A stretch of DNA of 63,687 bases, the filler included, from Choristocarpus tenellus KU-1152 (lineage: Eukaryota; Protista; Phaeophyceae): the NCBI GenBank assembly GCA_964200185.2. It is 7 parts of 7 records of this genome, joined end to end, with 100 filler letters (N's around TTAATTAATTAA, not from the genome) between each part and the next. Parts side by side here need not be neighbours in the genome. Positions count along the whole stretch, not along the records: positions 47,145 to 51,947 come from CAXNAD020012998.1; positions 52,048 to 56,671 come from CAXNAD020013748.1; positions 56,772 to 60,818 come from CAXNAD020016495.1; positions 60,919 to 63,687 come from CAXNAD020024909.1; 3 more parts are not named here. One strand, written 5' to 3'. Shown in pieces: positions 50,061 through 62,169 of this stretch (positions are counted from its first letter, which is position 1; each line of letters opens with the position of its first letter). The notes beneath the pieces were generated by a model. It saw only the letters and a program-made list of their open reading frames with translations. It did not search any database and was not told where the DNA came from. The position numbers were made by a program, and so were the translations under genes.

Positions 50061-52047
50061 GATATCCAGCGCCAAGTACACTTGAGATGAACGTGTAATT
50101 CTGGTAAGTAAAAAGTTTTTGATGTACAAAAAGTCCAACAGACAAAAATCTGCTATGATCGTGCATATTGCGCGCTTAAAGCGGGAAGAATTGATTTAAC
50201 TTGATCTCATTTGATGTCAATGTTGACGTTCAGGGTTCGATTTGGAACAATGACGTATCTCTAGAAAATATACTGTAATACTATAGTGGTTCTTCGTAAC
50301 ATGGTTGGATATTTTTGGGAACTGGAATTGGGTTCAAATATAGGAAGATATTTTGGCATTGATTGATTTGTCCACATTCGTTCGATAGAGGGTGAACTTG
50401 ATAGTCGAAACCAAAAACATTTTACAGATGTTTTTATGTAGAAGGAAACAACATACAACCTGTTGGTCAAAGATTTTAAGTTGTAACAGTACGAGGAAGA
50501 AGAAGGAATATATCTGGTAAAAAGGCAGAAATGCAGACAAAAAACAAAGAAATCCTAAAAACGATGGGAAAATACGAAAAAAATCCACTAGAGAAACGAA
50601 AATATCATGAACAACACAAGTCGAATACACCAAGAAGAAAAACTCTAGGACATAGGACCCTTTACATACAACAAGGAATCGATTCCTCCAGTCCCATACC
50701 ATGGTCCCTCAGACGTTCCTTCGTTCATTCAAAAAAGAAGCAACTCGAAACACAGTAAGAACGAATATCACGAAAAGAAAAAGACAATAGAGAAAAACGC
50801 ATGAATCAGTTGTAATATATATATACTAGACTACCATAGTAGTAAAATTATGACAAAAGTGGAAGTAATGGGAACCTATCATATTTAGCAAAGTAGGTTC
50901 TTCATATCTCTAAAATGATTATTAAAGTGGGATAATTTTAAGTACAAGGTAGAAGATACCAATTTTAAAATATGTAGAACTCAACTTTTCACCATAAGTT
51001 AGGACCCCTGATAAGAATAGTAATAAATCTGAAGATAATATTCATTAACTTCCCCTAAAGTATCTTCCATACACACTCACTCCATAGCTATTCATCTGTA
51101 ACAATAAAGACTAGTCATCCTTATATTCTATGTATATGGCTAATTTTGTGGTAGACTTTTATCGAGGCTCCAGACTAATTCGAAGATTTTCCTGATTCCA
51201 CAACAATATCTTACATTACGAGTTATCATTAACTTATTTCTTTGCCCTATGACACACTATGGTACTACCAACTTAACCCTAAACCCTTCAAATTGTTACT
51301 TGATCAAGACGTAGAGGAAATGTGCTATCACAAAATTCAAGAAAAAAAAACACAAAAAAATCTTCAATTTTGTTTATGAGTAGACGAAGGAGTGGATATT
51401 ATCTATGTCATAAATATTGTCGTACACAGAACTAACATGTAAGACACACACTTTCTTTCTACCTGTATTTTCAGTTACTTTTTTGTTGAACATCATGGAC
51501 GGGCTGGTTGTGATGCCTTCATGATGCCAGTTAAGAATCCACTGTTAGTCACACTCCCAACTTCAAAGTTAAGATCGCACCCCGTAACTACATACACCTA
51601 CACGTACGTTTCTCTCAATCATATCTTGCACAACAGGCAGGCACAGAACACCCCTTCTTCATAGCAGGGACGGACAGGCAAAGTACCCCTACTACCCAGG
51701 CACTCCCTCCCTTGTGTCTTTCCTCCTGGTGATACAGTGGCTACTTATTGGGGGATGTTCTCCTTCTCCCCCCTTTCTCCAGCACTGTTTGTCCCCAAGC
51801 TTTTTCCAAAGCATTACACCCTCATTGTTGTTCCTTTCCTCCCATAGGGCTGCTGGAGTTTAGTGGCTCCTAGACAGTGGAACTTTCTCTTCTCCTTCCC
51901 CCCCAACGCCCCCCCCCCTCTAACTCCCACCCCCCTCCTCCACCCTCNNNNNNNNNNNNNNNNNNNNNNNNNNNNNNNNNNNNNNNNNNNNTTAATTAAT
52001 TAANNNNNNNNNNNNNNNNNNNNNNNNNNNNNNNNNNNNNNNNNNNN

Positions 52048-52633
52048 CACCTCCGTCGCCCGTGGGTGGATGTGAGGCAAATTGATACCGCAGGGCTCGA
52101 GGTCAATCAGTGCGTAGGCCAACCCCTGCCCAAATAACGACGGCAGATTTGCGACGGTCACAGCCCGAATCGAGCCAGCACCAGGCTGTACAGTTGCTGG
52201 TGCTCCAGCCAGGTCGAAGGCGAAGTCCTTAGCCTCGAACATGGCAAGCCTCTCCTGTGGGGATTATATATGTGGTGACATGGAAAGAGATGGGTAGTCG
52301 AAGCAGGTTAGAGTTGCCTATAATTGGCAGAGCACCTGGTGTTGTGTGGTAGCGATTCGGAGTTGGTCGCAACCTGAGGGACATGATGCTGGATGGGCCA
52401 ACAAAAGGGTACTTCTTTGGTGTCCGAGCGAACGAATGATCATCCTGCGCGGAGTGGGATGGTCCTCGGTCGGATTGCGAAGTCTGCAATAATTTTCTGA
52501 AACATGACATGAAAGCTGTGTTGCCCCCGCTCACCACAGCAGTCAAAGGATTGAAGATGTCTTTGTCCGTAGCCGTGCCTGTGGACAACCCTGCGCAGGT
52601 GAATGCTGCTAGCGAAATCAGGGAAGCCTTCAT
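52048..52633 (-). CDS. Secreted germin-like/spherulin cupin, 5' part (exons 52633-52535, 52254 to about 52051)
   Basis: Signal peptide MKASLISLAAFTCAGLSTG, DFAFDL, and germin box LEPCGINLPHIHPRATE. Confidence 0.88.
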
Positions 52634-52819
52634 TGCACTCTGTATGTTAGTATTGACGAAGTTTGGCGTGTGACTGAGTTGTATGCCTCCTGGTTGAGGT
52701 GATGTGGTGGTGGGCGAGGTCGTATATTTGGTTGTGTACGCGGTTTTGGGGGGGAGGTTGTTGACGATGCGGTACGAATGACCTCGTAACTCCCGATCTT
52801 TCGAACTCTTTTTGCAAGT

Positions 52820-52918
52820 CTAATTACTTGCTCCTCGACTGACAGTACAATGCGCAAAATGGATTTTTTTGTGAGTTCAATTACTTGCTCGACTGACAGT
52901 ACAGTGCGCAAAATGAAT
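52820..52918 (+). repeat. ~57-bp tandem duplication upstream of the germin-like gene
   Basis: aattacttgctc..gactgacagtaca.tgcgcaaaatg occurs twice. Confidence 0.8.
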
Positions 52919-53559
52919 TCACTTCACTATCGAAAAGTCTTACTTACCACCCCACCCCTTCTTCTGGCATTGTTTTTTATTACCAAATGTTAAGAAATAT
53001 TTCCAATTTCTAGTTGGAAACAATAATGAGAAGCATTATGACCTCGATAAGATCCTCGGGACAATAAATACTCAAGAGGAGAAGGTTTGCAAAGCTCTTT
53101 CAGGACAGGGGTACTTCTCCAAAAAAAATCTTGTGTCGAGGGTTCAAATCCTTCAGAGTGTGTTTAAATAAAATAATATTAATTAAGAAATTTAATATTA
53201 TTTATAAAACTTTCAAATTTCAAAATTCATAAAAAGCTAAATCTATGATAAAAAAAAGTAACTAGCTTTCTTTCAAGGTCAGTGTGTGAATGACATAAAA
53301 CAAAAGAAGTGTCTTAGGAGGGCTGTTTATTAAGGAGCGCTCTCTATTTCTTTTACTTATCATCTGCGTTTTGTTTGTTTTGGCTAACAGAAGTTGGAAT
53401 ACACATCTGAAAACCGTTGCAACCTTCCCATGTTACAGATCTTACTCTACAACCCTTAGCAAAACGGAGGTTCTCTTGAAAAGGTTCCCCACACGTGTAT
53501 ACTGCTCGCGCTTGTTAGAACGCGGAAAGAAGTATTCTCGCTATTCGCCTGTAACACAC

Positions 53560-54330
53560 TAACTTCCCGCGACCGTGATTATCAGGACCGAGCTACAGTG
53601 AGTGGAAGAAGTATTTGGTTTGATATTCAGTGAGAGGAGTGGAGCGCAGGATATTTTAACCCTTCAACGTAGGGCAATTGGTACTAAGGATGCACAATGG
53701 GAAAAAAAAGAAGGCTAGAGAAGTACTGAGGATACCCCGCGCGTCGGTCTGGTAGCTAAAGGTTTTCGTCAGATTTTGCAAATTGGATCTCTATTACGCC
53801 CTTAACCTGACCCCTTCACCTGCGTTAACCGGGAATGTTCTTGGCCTTAGCAGAAAACACAAGGATTAGGAAGAGATATTATATTGGATGTAAATATTTG
53901 GCATCTAAATTTGGCAACTGTTTGTTCAGGCTAATAGCCAGGACGATATGTATGCTTGTTTGTGGAATGGGTGTGGTCTGTGATAGGGAAATGTTATTGT
54001 TTTGCTCAGAACACTGTGTCGGATCAAGCATGCAAGCAGAGAGATCAGCTCCGAACATGTTTTGGAGAATTATGCTTGTGAACAATCAGTGTAGAGAGGA
54101 TGCCCTGCGTTTTGTTTTACGTAGAAAGCGATGTAGTGTCTACAGTGAGAATGTGCGAGGACAATGCATCGGCCATTCATTTGACTAACAAGTCCCTGAG
54201 TCCAGGCAGGACCAAGCATATGGATGCACGACACCCTTTTCTGAGGGACTTGGGTAGCAGACGGTCAGATTTTTATAGCGTCCATTTATAGCTTATTTAT
54301 GTGAAGCACCCAAGAGCTTTCTTGAACTTA
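53560..54330 (+). mobile_element. Decayed, internally deleted Ty1/Copia pol fragment (start of RT plus RNase H)
   Basis: LVAKGFRQ at about 53750 and CEDNASAIHL...RTKHMDARHPFLRDL at about 54150-54250; many stops. Confidence 0.8.
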
Positions 54331-56429
54331 GAGGGCTACTATGTGTAGTAGTTGTTTCTGTGCACACCAAGGAACGTGAACTGCACTCATTAAGATGGTC
54401 TCACAAGGTCGAAGAGAGAGACAACCAGAAGCCATTGATCTCGAGTGCAACCCATACCAAGGGTTCCAAATGGCCATCGAATGATCAAGGGAGCTCATTT
54501 GCCATTCTGATCTCTATCTCGATGACCTTGCATCATTTGAAATACCAGGGGTTGATTCATATGTGTCCCACCTAGGGAATTACAAAATGGGGAATTTTAG
54601 TTGCATGAACACTAAGGAAGGACGTCAGCTAGCTTTCCAATACCACAATCATTGCATAGATGTAGATACGTATTAGCCATCCCAGCATCAAGTCAGATGA
54701 TGAAAGGAATAGCAAGGAAAGGTAGAGAAATTCAGTTGTTCTTTACGGTTCGAAGAGGGACCAAGAAAGAGAACTGTTGCACAAGATAGAAGACTAAGGG
54801 ACAGGAGATGGGGCAATGGAAGGAAAGTAGTATCAACATTGATGTGATGGACTACCCACAACTACCCCCAAATGCACTATTTGGCAAGATGTTGAGATTT
54901 CCTCCAAGAGGTTTGGAGGGAAGTAGTGTCCATGCAATGAAGAACTTTATTGGCAAGAAGATGCTGGAGTCAGCTGTCTGGAGGGAGAGAAAAGCTTAAC
55001 AATATCATCCAGAACTTCGTGAGAAAAGGATAAGGCAGACCCACATCTCAGGTACACGATGAAAGGAGATTAAATGTATCTGTTTCAAACGATAGCGCAA
55101 GTATTTCTTCCTGCGCTTCAACCAGCGCGAGTAGTGTACGTGCGTGTGGAACCCCAAAAGGGGAAACTCCGATTTGCATAAGGTTGCACGGTAATATCTG
55201 TACCTCGGGAATGTATGCGCAAAGGTTCTCAGATGTATTTTCAACGTCTGTAAATACTGAAACAAAAATAAAACAGTGGTAAATGATGACAAGAGGCACC
55301 AAACGACTCACTCTTAACTGATAACAATTATCATACAAATGCTTCTCGATTCACAAGAGTGCCCTTATCTGCTGGCCTGATATTCATCATCCTCGTTGGG
55401 CCTTTTGACCGTCGGAGTATCCCAGGAGTCCTCTACAAGCATCAGCGGCATCTATAGGCCTGTGGGTTGGAGCTATACAATTCCGCGGAGGTAAGCTCTG
55501 GAGTGTGCTGTAACATATCCTCTGTGTGTGTCTAGGGGAGAAATATCAGAGAAGACATAATATGATTTTATTTCAACCAAGGAAAGAGGTACGAGGTAGT
55601 AGTAGAGTATTTTGGTTCCAGAAATCTCAACCGTTGAAGGGGGGGGGGGATCAAGCTTTTTTTCGTGGAGTTGGTTTTCCTAAAATCAATTTTGACGGGA
55701 TGGATTTATCGGAGGAGATTAACATGATTGAAGATATAGAGGAGCAGTAGGAACTGTATGTGTGCAATTGGTCAATGAAGCGAAAGTTATAATCCATGGG
55801 GAGAGACACAAGCCCATTGGCACAATTATTTGAGGGAGCTGAGTGCCACCATGCCCAAGTCCGAGTCAATGCAAGGTCAATTTGACATGCGTTGCAATGT
55901 GTGGGTTGGCACAACAACCCCAATCACTCGCACCCCCAACATAATATTTGTGGGAGAGATCATCACCAAGTTCAAGTCACACTAGTTCGACATCACACTA
56001 TATTGGTGTGATAATTGGATGGGGGAATTCGAAATTGGAAATGTTGTTGTAGAGAAAAACTGTGATGGTCATCATCTTCCAACTAAAGTAATACCTTTAA
56101 GGTGACCCTCCTTGAGAAGATGCACTTCAAGGTCTGTTGTTTCATATGACATCTGTATTTACTTGTTGAAGTCAATATCGGGTGTGGTTTGAGTGGACCA
56201 TAAGAGCTCCCCTCATTCTCTTTTGTCTGTTCACTCTTTCCTGAGTGACCTGCTGGGGGATTGCTCACCCTCCTACTTTCTCTCTCTCGAATTCCTTCCT
56301 CCTCCTGTGGGTCTTCCCAGTCCACTTCAGGCAGAATAATCTGTCTACCTGTTTCATCTGTTTGATAAAAGGAGGCATTACATTAAATAGTGAATTGAAA
56401 TGGGGGAAAAAAGTGGGAATTGTAAAGGA

Positions 56430-56597
56430 GGCTCAAAGTATCTGGAAGGGGGGTTTGGCTGTCCATTTGGGGTCATTTTTTTCATATCGTGATTTTTGGG
56501 TGATTTGGTTGCCATACGTCGGATGGATAATGCAAATGAACTTTTCCCGATTTTGGGCCAAATGGACACCCTCGTGTAGACACCCCCCACCCCCCCC
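56430..56597. mobile_element. MITE family A copy; right TIR lost near the contig end
   Basis: ggctcaaagtatctggaagggggg...gtccatttggggtc...gatttggtt...ggatggataat...aatggacaccc. Confidence 0.85.
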
Positions 56598-56799
56598 GAG
56601 GCTGGGGGGCAGGAGAAGGAGGACCTTTTGTGGGCGAAAGCTTCTGGTCTGTGGGGGGTCCTCCTCTCTGGNNNNNNNNNNNNNNNNNNNNNNNNNNNNN
56701 NNNNNNNNNNNNNNNTTAATTAATTAANNNNNNNNNNNNNNNNNNNNNNNNNNNNNNNNNNNNNNNNNNNNTAAGAAAAAAAAAAAGTTTTTTTACCGA

Positions 56800-56849
56800 A
56801 ACGGATGCCCCCTCACAAACCCCCCCCCCCCCCCAAGATACTTTGACCC
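56800..56849. mobile_element. MITE family A terminal fragment at a contig start
   Basis: Poly-C followed by aagatactttgaccc. Confidence 0.65.
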
Positions 56850-57147
56850 GATTATCTATTGCAATCGTCAAAAATGTGTCTGTATCAGTAATTCTCCGTC
56901 AATCCATTTATGTTAAACAAAAGTAAAAATCAATCCACTGAGACTTGAACCCCTTCCCCCAAGCGCACGAAAAAATGTCAACGACACTTACTCCACTAAG
57001 TTATTATACAATTATGGCCGTATGATATATACCGTTATACCGTGGTACTGATTGAGGTTCCCAGTCAAGAGTCCATGATTTCACGGACAGACTTTCTGTC
57101 AGAATGTCACACATGGAAGATCCACTTTATTCTCACGTCTTGACTGA

Positions 57148-57397
57148 TGGTGATGAAGCCCCACCTTTGATGATGCTTATCACTCCTAAGTTTTGCACTT
57201 GTCCAACCTTAAACTCGTACCCTCGGTCACGGCTCGTCCTTGTTCGTGTGGTCTGTCTTGCCCGGTGATTCCCTTCGCCACCCTTGCCTAAGTGAACCAC
57301 GCCGCCACAGAATCCCACAATTCACGCTACCAGATGTATAATAACATTGAGTTGTATTCCACTGCTGTACATACAGTACAAGAATAAAATTCCAACA
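57148..57397 (+). mobile_element. Solo-LTR-like repeat (family C)
   Basis: Homologous to 29727-29870 and 59940-60146. Starts TG(G)TGATGA and ends AATAAAATTCCAACA; no convincing TSD. Confidence 0.55.
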
Positions 57398-57569
57398 GAT
57401 TCAGTAAGAGTGAATCAAAAAGAACAAAAAATACAACAGTAGTTGAGTCCAGATTCTCATTGGCACGAAGGTTTCTCTAAAGTTCCAATAAATTGTTTGT
57501 AGGGGGGGTCTTGTGGCCTACCACTGTTACAAAACAAAAGCGAGTACACTCAATAATAAATACTTCAGA

Positions 57570-58370
57570 AGTATTCATTTCGACAACTGTATCCAATCTC
57601 TTAATCATAGCACTGCACTCTCTCTCCCTAACAAAGTCCCTAAGCCCCAAAATTGCCTTTGCTCGAAGAGTGTGTTTGACTGATAGCAAGAGACCCTGGT
57701 TCTGAAGTTCAATGGTCCATTTGAATGAGGCCAACAAAGATCCAAACAACCTAATCATACTAATAAGAACAACAACAAATAATAAGGAGAAGTAACAATA
57801 AACAACGCATGCATGTTCTACCCGCTTCCACAACGTTTCAACAGCAATCATCACGTCAAAAAATCTTTCTCAAATGTCCACTCCATCCCCCCTCCCCCCC
57901 CCCAACAGCTCACTTCCTACAACAAAAAGGAGCGCACCTCTCTCCCCTCACATCTTCTTCTTCCCCCTCCTCACCACCCCCTGCTGCAAACTTATCAAAT
58001 TCACCCATTGTAACCTTTGACCTCTTTAGACCCATCCCACTCCCAGTCTCCTCCTCCTTCTCTCCACTGTCACCAGCAGTGGCCCCAACCCCTGCTGACC
58101 TTTGAACGCCTCCAACCCTTCCTCCAACTCCTCTCGCTTTGGCCTTTCGAGCCCTGGTATTCGAGTCCTCCTCCTCATCATTACCACCATCATCATCACC
58201 ATCCTCTTCTTCCCTGGTTTGGGTTTGTCTCAGCGAAGGGAGGGAATTGGTTTTGGTTGCGCTGTTGTCATCTTCAAGTCCTTTGTCCAGGGATGATGAC
58301 ACAAGGCTCACATCTGGCAAAACTGTCTGCAGCAGCGGAAGAAGCAGCACCAGCAAGAAGGATTTTGTTT
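57570..58370 (-). CDS. Possible internal exons of an unidentified gene (acidic/Gly-rich low-complexity segment plus a downstream segment)
   Basis: Open frames 57910-58356 and 57477-57854 with plausible GT donors; no recognisable domain. Confidence 0.3.
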
Positions 58371-58568
58371 AAAAAAATGAAGTGTGGGGGTGAGGGTGAG
58401 GGTGAGGGCCATAATACTACAAGTATTGTTATTATTTTTGTTATTTTCTTCACATTGGTTTGAAGGAACCGTCAAAGGCACATGATAGTGTAGAGTAGAG
58501 GGGGGTAAATTTTGGACTTCACCCACAGTAGTGCTGGTGGTAGTAAATAAAATCAAAAGTTTGTTATA

Positions 58569-58917
58569 TTTTATTACTATGCCCTCTGACACTTTGCAGG
58601 TGTGTCAGGGGAAAAATCAACAAAAACTATTCATCACATGCCAGAATAAACCCTAAAAAAGTAATAGTTATCATAAATGTGAAAAACATTCATCTATTCG
58701 CTATTCTACCGCCAGTTTTGCTACACCGTCCCCTTCCTGTGCCTCCAACCTAGCTTAGTCCTGTACTCCAGGGTGAGGGACTAGGGAGGCATTCCACGAA
58801 TCTAACAAGCCCCTCCTTACCCATCTCCCTGGTATCTCCAGCTTAAGGCGCATGACCCGTCTGGAAAGGGCTACCTGTGTTGTGACAGAAACTATCTGTC
58901 GTAGACGGGATTTGACA
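58569..58917 (-). mobile_element. RLE-type non-LTR retrotransposon 3' end, copy 1 (inverted)
   Basis: Reverse complement of 59337-59644. Carries the terminal stem-loop CTGACAC..GTGTCAG and a TAATAAAA tail. Confidence 0.8.
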
Positions 58918-59134
58918 ACTTCCTTCCTGCTATATTATTGGTTGTTGAATGCTACTACTAGAGTATTCTATATTTCTATTATCATTTGCTATTTATTATG
59001 AATAATAGTACTACTGTATCGTAGTGAAATTACTCTTCTTACTAGTATCACTAGTATTTTTGTTCATATATTATTCACATTAGTCTAAGGGTCCCAGACT
59101 CATGGTCAAAAGGTAGTCAGAAGAAGACAATAAG

Positions 59135-59644
59135 CACATGATATAGCTGCTGCTGCAGCTGAGGTACGAAAGTGCACTCACTACGAGGGCTCTTTTGACC
59201 CTCGTAGTTATAACCTCAACACCTTCGTGGTGGAAAGTTTTTGATGCCTCGGCAAGCAAGCAGAAAGGTTTTTGGATGAGCTAGCTACGCGCGTGATAGG
59301 GGGGAGAGGGACAGGAGGTTATAGCAGGAAGGGGGCTGTCAAATCCCGTCTACGACAGATAGTTTCTGTCACAACATGGTTAGCCCTGTCCAGACGGGTC
59401 ATGCGCTTTAAGCTGGAGACACTAGGGAGATGGGTAAGGAGGGGCTTGTTAGATTCGTGAAATGCCTCCCTAGTCCCTCACCCTGGAGTTCAGGACTAAG
59501 CTAGGTTGGAGGCACAGGAAGGGGACGGTGTAGCAAAACTGGTGGTAGAATAGCGAATAGATGAATGTTTTTCACATTTATGATAACTATTACTTTTTTA
59601 GGGTTTATTCTGACATGTGAATAGTTTTTGTTGATTTTTCCCCT
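59135..59644 (+). mobile_element. RLE-type (CRE-like) non-LTR retrotransposon, 5'-truncated copy 2: ORF C-terminus plus 3' UTR
   Basis: AAAAAEVRKCTHY...FVVESF*CLGKQAERFLDELA...KSRLRQIVSV fits the KxxxY...vE.fG.lG C-terminal part of restriction-like endonuclease domains; a TGA replaces the expected Gly. Confidence 0.78.
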
Positions 59645-59673
59645 AACCCTAAGTCATGCACATTAAGTGGGAT

Positions 59674-59898
59674 ACCTCCCTAGTCCCTCACCCTGGAGTA
59701 CAGGACTAAACTAGGTTGTAGGCACAGGGAGGGATTGGTTTGGAAAAACTGGCAGTAGAATAACGAATAGATTAATGTTTTTCACATTTATGACAACTGT
59801 TACTTTAAAGGGTTTATTCTGACATGTGTATGTGAATAGTTTTTGTTGATTTTTCCCCTGACACATCTGCAAAGTGTCAGAGGGCATAATGATAAAAA
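59674..59898 (+). mobile_element. RLE-type LINE 3' UTR, copy 3 (more diverged, with terminal stem-loop and tail)
   Basis: Repeats cctccctagtccctcaccctggagt...ttttcccctgacacatctgcaaagtgtcagagggcataatgataaaa. Confidence 0.8.
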
Positions 59899-59939
59899 TG
59901 CACACGACTCGAGGAGATATAGAGTAGTGGACAAGAAAT

Positions 59940-60146
59940 AAAGAGTATTGAATGTGAATCGTGTCATTTTGTATTGTGGTTTACTTAGGTAAGGTGGCGA
60001 AGAGAATCACCGGGCAAGACGGACCAGACGGACCAAGACGAACCGTAACCGAGAGGACAAGGTTAAGAGTGGACAAGTGCAAGACTGCAAGGACTTGCAG
60101 AAAAACTGTGGAGTGATGAGAATCTTACGAGGGGGGAATCATCACA
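59940..60146 (-). mobile_element. Solo-LTR-like repeat (family C), diverged copy
   Basis: Inverse homology to 57150-57326. Confidence 0.55.
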
Positions 60147-60918
60147 AAATTCCCCAAGTATTGGACATCTCTGGTTGCAGGGATGTGTAACTTCAGGATT
60201 GGTTTCTTCCACAAAATTATCCATCTCGATTATTTGGATGGCGTAGCCCTGACGGAAAATCTAACGAGCACCCAAGGGGATGGGGTCGGAGAGGTGGTAG
60301 AGGCACACGAGGATGGTAGCAGGGAGAGGGACTCGTCCCTACACAGCTACAAGGGGGAGGAGGCAGGAGAGTAGGTGATAAGAGATATTGCGGGGCTTCG
60401 AAGGCCAGCCTCCCTCACCAGGAACCCCAACCCTCGCCCATCCCAACAACCACGTCAGCATACACCAGAACACTGTGCAATCTGTTTCTCTGAGATAGAA
60501 CAGCCAGTACTCCCTTTGCACACACTCACTGGACCTGGGCAGTGCCTCAGCTCTATACCTCTGTGCCAGACCCCTACATCCCATCCCGTGCCCCACCTGT
60601 CGTACCCCTGTCAGCCCCGAACGCTACTACGCCGCCACGAAGGGGAGTGTGGGAACCGAAGCTATACATCCATCCGCTCACAATCGTCCTCCACCCCTTT
60701 TGCCATCCCAACCATTCCACCTACTCTCCATCCCACGCCCCCACACCCCCACCCCCCCCCCCTCTTTTCCTCCCTGCCCCGGCCGTCTCGAGCCCCCCCC
60801 CCCCCACCACCAAAGCACNNNNNNNNNNNNNNNNNNNNNNNNNNNNNNNNNNNNNNNNNNNNTTAATTAATTAANNNNNNNNNNNNNNNNNNNNNNNNNN
60901 NNNNNNNNNNNNNNNNNN

Positions 60919-60949
60919 CGATACCCCCCCACCCCAGATACTTTGACCC
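60919..60949. mobile_element. MITE family A terminal fragment at a contig start
   Basis: ccccagatactttgaccc. Confidence 0.65.
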
Positions 60950-61481
60950 TATTCAACTTGGTGACAGAACTAGGCAGTGCCAACTATACTGTACAATACT
61001 AAAGTTCGTGTGTCCTTCTTCGATGAGAAGTTGTACCCATCTAACCTCGATGAACTTTCAAGATCGAGGAAATATGGGCAGGAGATATAGGGAGGTGCAG
61101 AACAAATATACACTGTTGTGTGATGTGACCTACACTTTCTTGCCATTGTGTTGGTGTAAAAATATCGTAAAATTTCCTCTTCTTCAAGGGCAACAGACTT
61201 CACATCCACTAAGATGATATCATTTTGGAGCGAATCGCGTTTCATATTCCAGTTTTACGTCCCTGTATTGTTGATTCCTACCCAGGTGCCTCATTACCCA
61301 TTGTGAACTGTTGAGTCAGCAGCTCCCTTATTTTCTTGTTATCCAAGCTTCAAACTCACACATGTTTTCTCAACTCTACAGGTCCAAGAAACCACATATA
61401 AGCACCATATATCGATGGCTTAAACTCTTCCGCAATTTTCTCAATTCTGAATTTGTAACCCCGTGCATGACCTTGACCCAG

Positions 61482-62169
61482 GGTTGAAATACGTGTGGTG
61501 GAGTTTGGTAAGCATGATCTCCCTCTTGGATTGGATTGCGTCATAAACTACCCATCCCGGTACATGGTCGCAGGATCAGAGCCTCGTACCTATCCATGCC
61601 CTAATGTCACTGATGCGACCACACAAGAGAAAAAAAGAAAATTCTTGGCATGCTTGGATGGATCCCTTGGCAGTGATGGTTGCAGCATTGTGGATCAGAG
61701 CTCCCAGTTGGCCATAATTCGGGATCCTCGAGCAGCAGCAACAAGTCTGTACTTCATGGGAAAAGACCAGAAGTGGATAGATTCACAAGTCGAGTTAAAT
61801 TCGTATGTTCTCAGCCTGCTGTCCAACTACTGCCAAAGGACAATGGTCAGGAATATACTGTTTGGGACAGTTCTTCGATCAGAATCGCTACTTTTGTTCT
61901 ATGAGGATGTACTCTCTGATGAATCAGCTTTCTTCCGCAAAGTCATAAGGTTCTTTGGTATGAGCTTGCCAGAAGTTGCCATCAAGGACTGCATTGATGC
62001 TCCTCAGCAGATCTTTGATTTGCACAAAGGGGGGAAGTCAGAGGACCAGCAAGTCCAGACACCTTTCACTGATGAGCTTCACCCTGAAACCCTTTCAAGA
62101 ATGGATGAGATAATGCGCTCATGGCTCTCGCCTGAGCTTCTCATTCGATGGAATGTGGACAATTATTAG
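61482..62169 (+). CDS. Sulfotransferase-like protein, last exon (upstream exons not identified)
   Basis: AIIRDPRAAATSLY (like the 3'-PB motif IxRDPxDxxVSxY), LLFYEDV, and FTDELHPETLSRMDEIMRSWLSPELLIRW. CAG acceptor at 61479-61481. Confidence 0.72.

Noticed and set aside
55005-55500. Coding-looking stretch with splice-like sites
   Set aside because: Stops in the candidate frames and no recognisable domain; no gene model could be built.
56935-56975. B-box-like GGTTCAAGTCTC (similar motifs near 9030 and 53140) suggesting a tRNA or SINE
   Set aside because: No cloverleaf or matching A-box could be built by eye.
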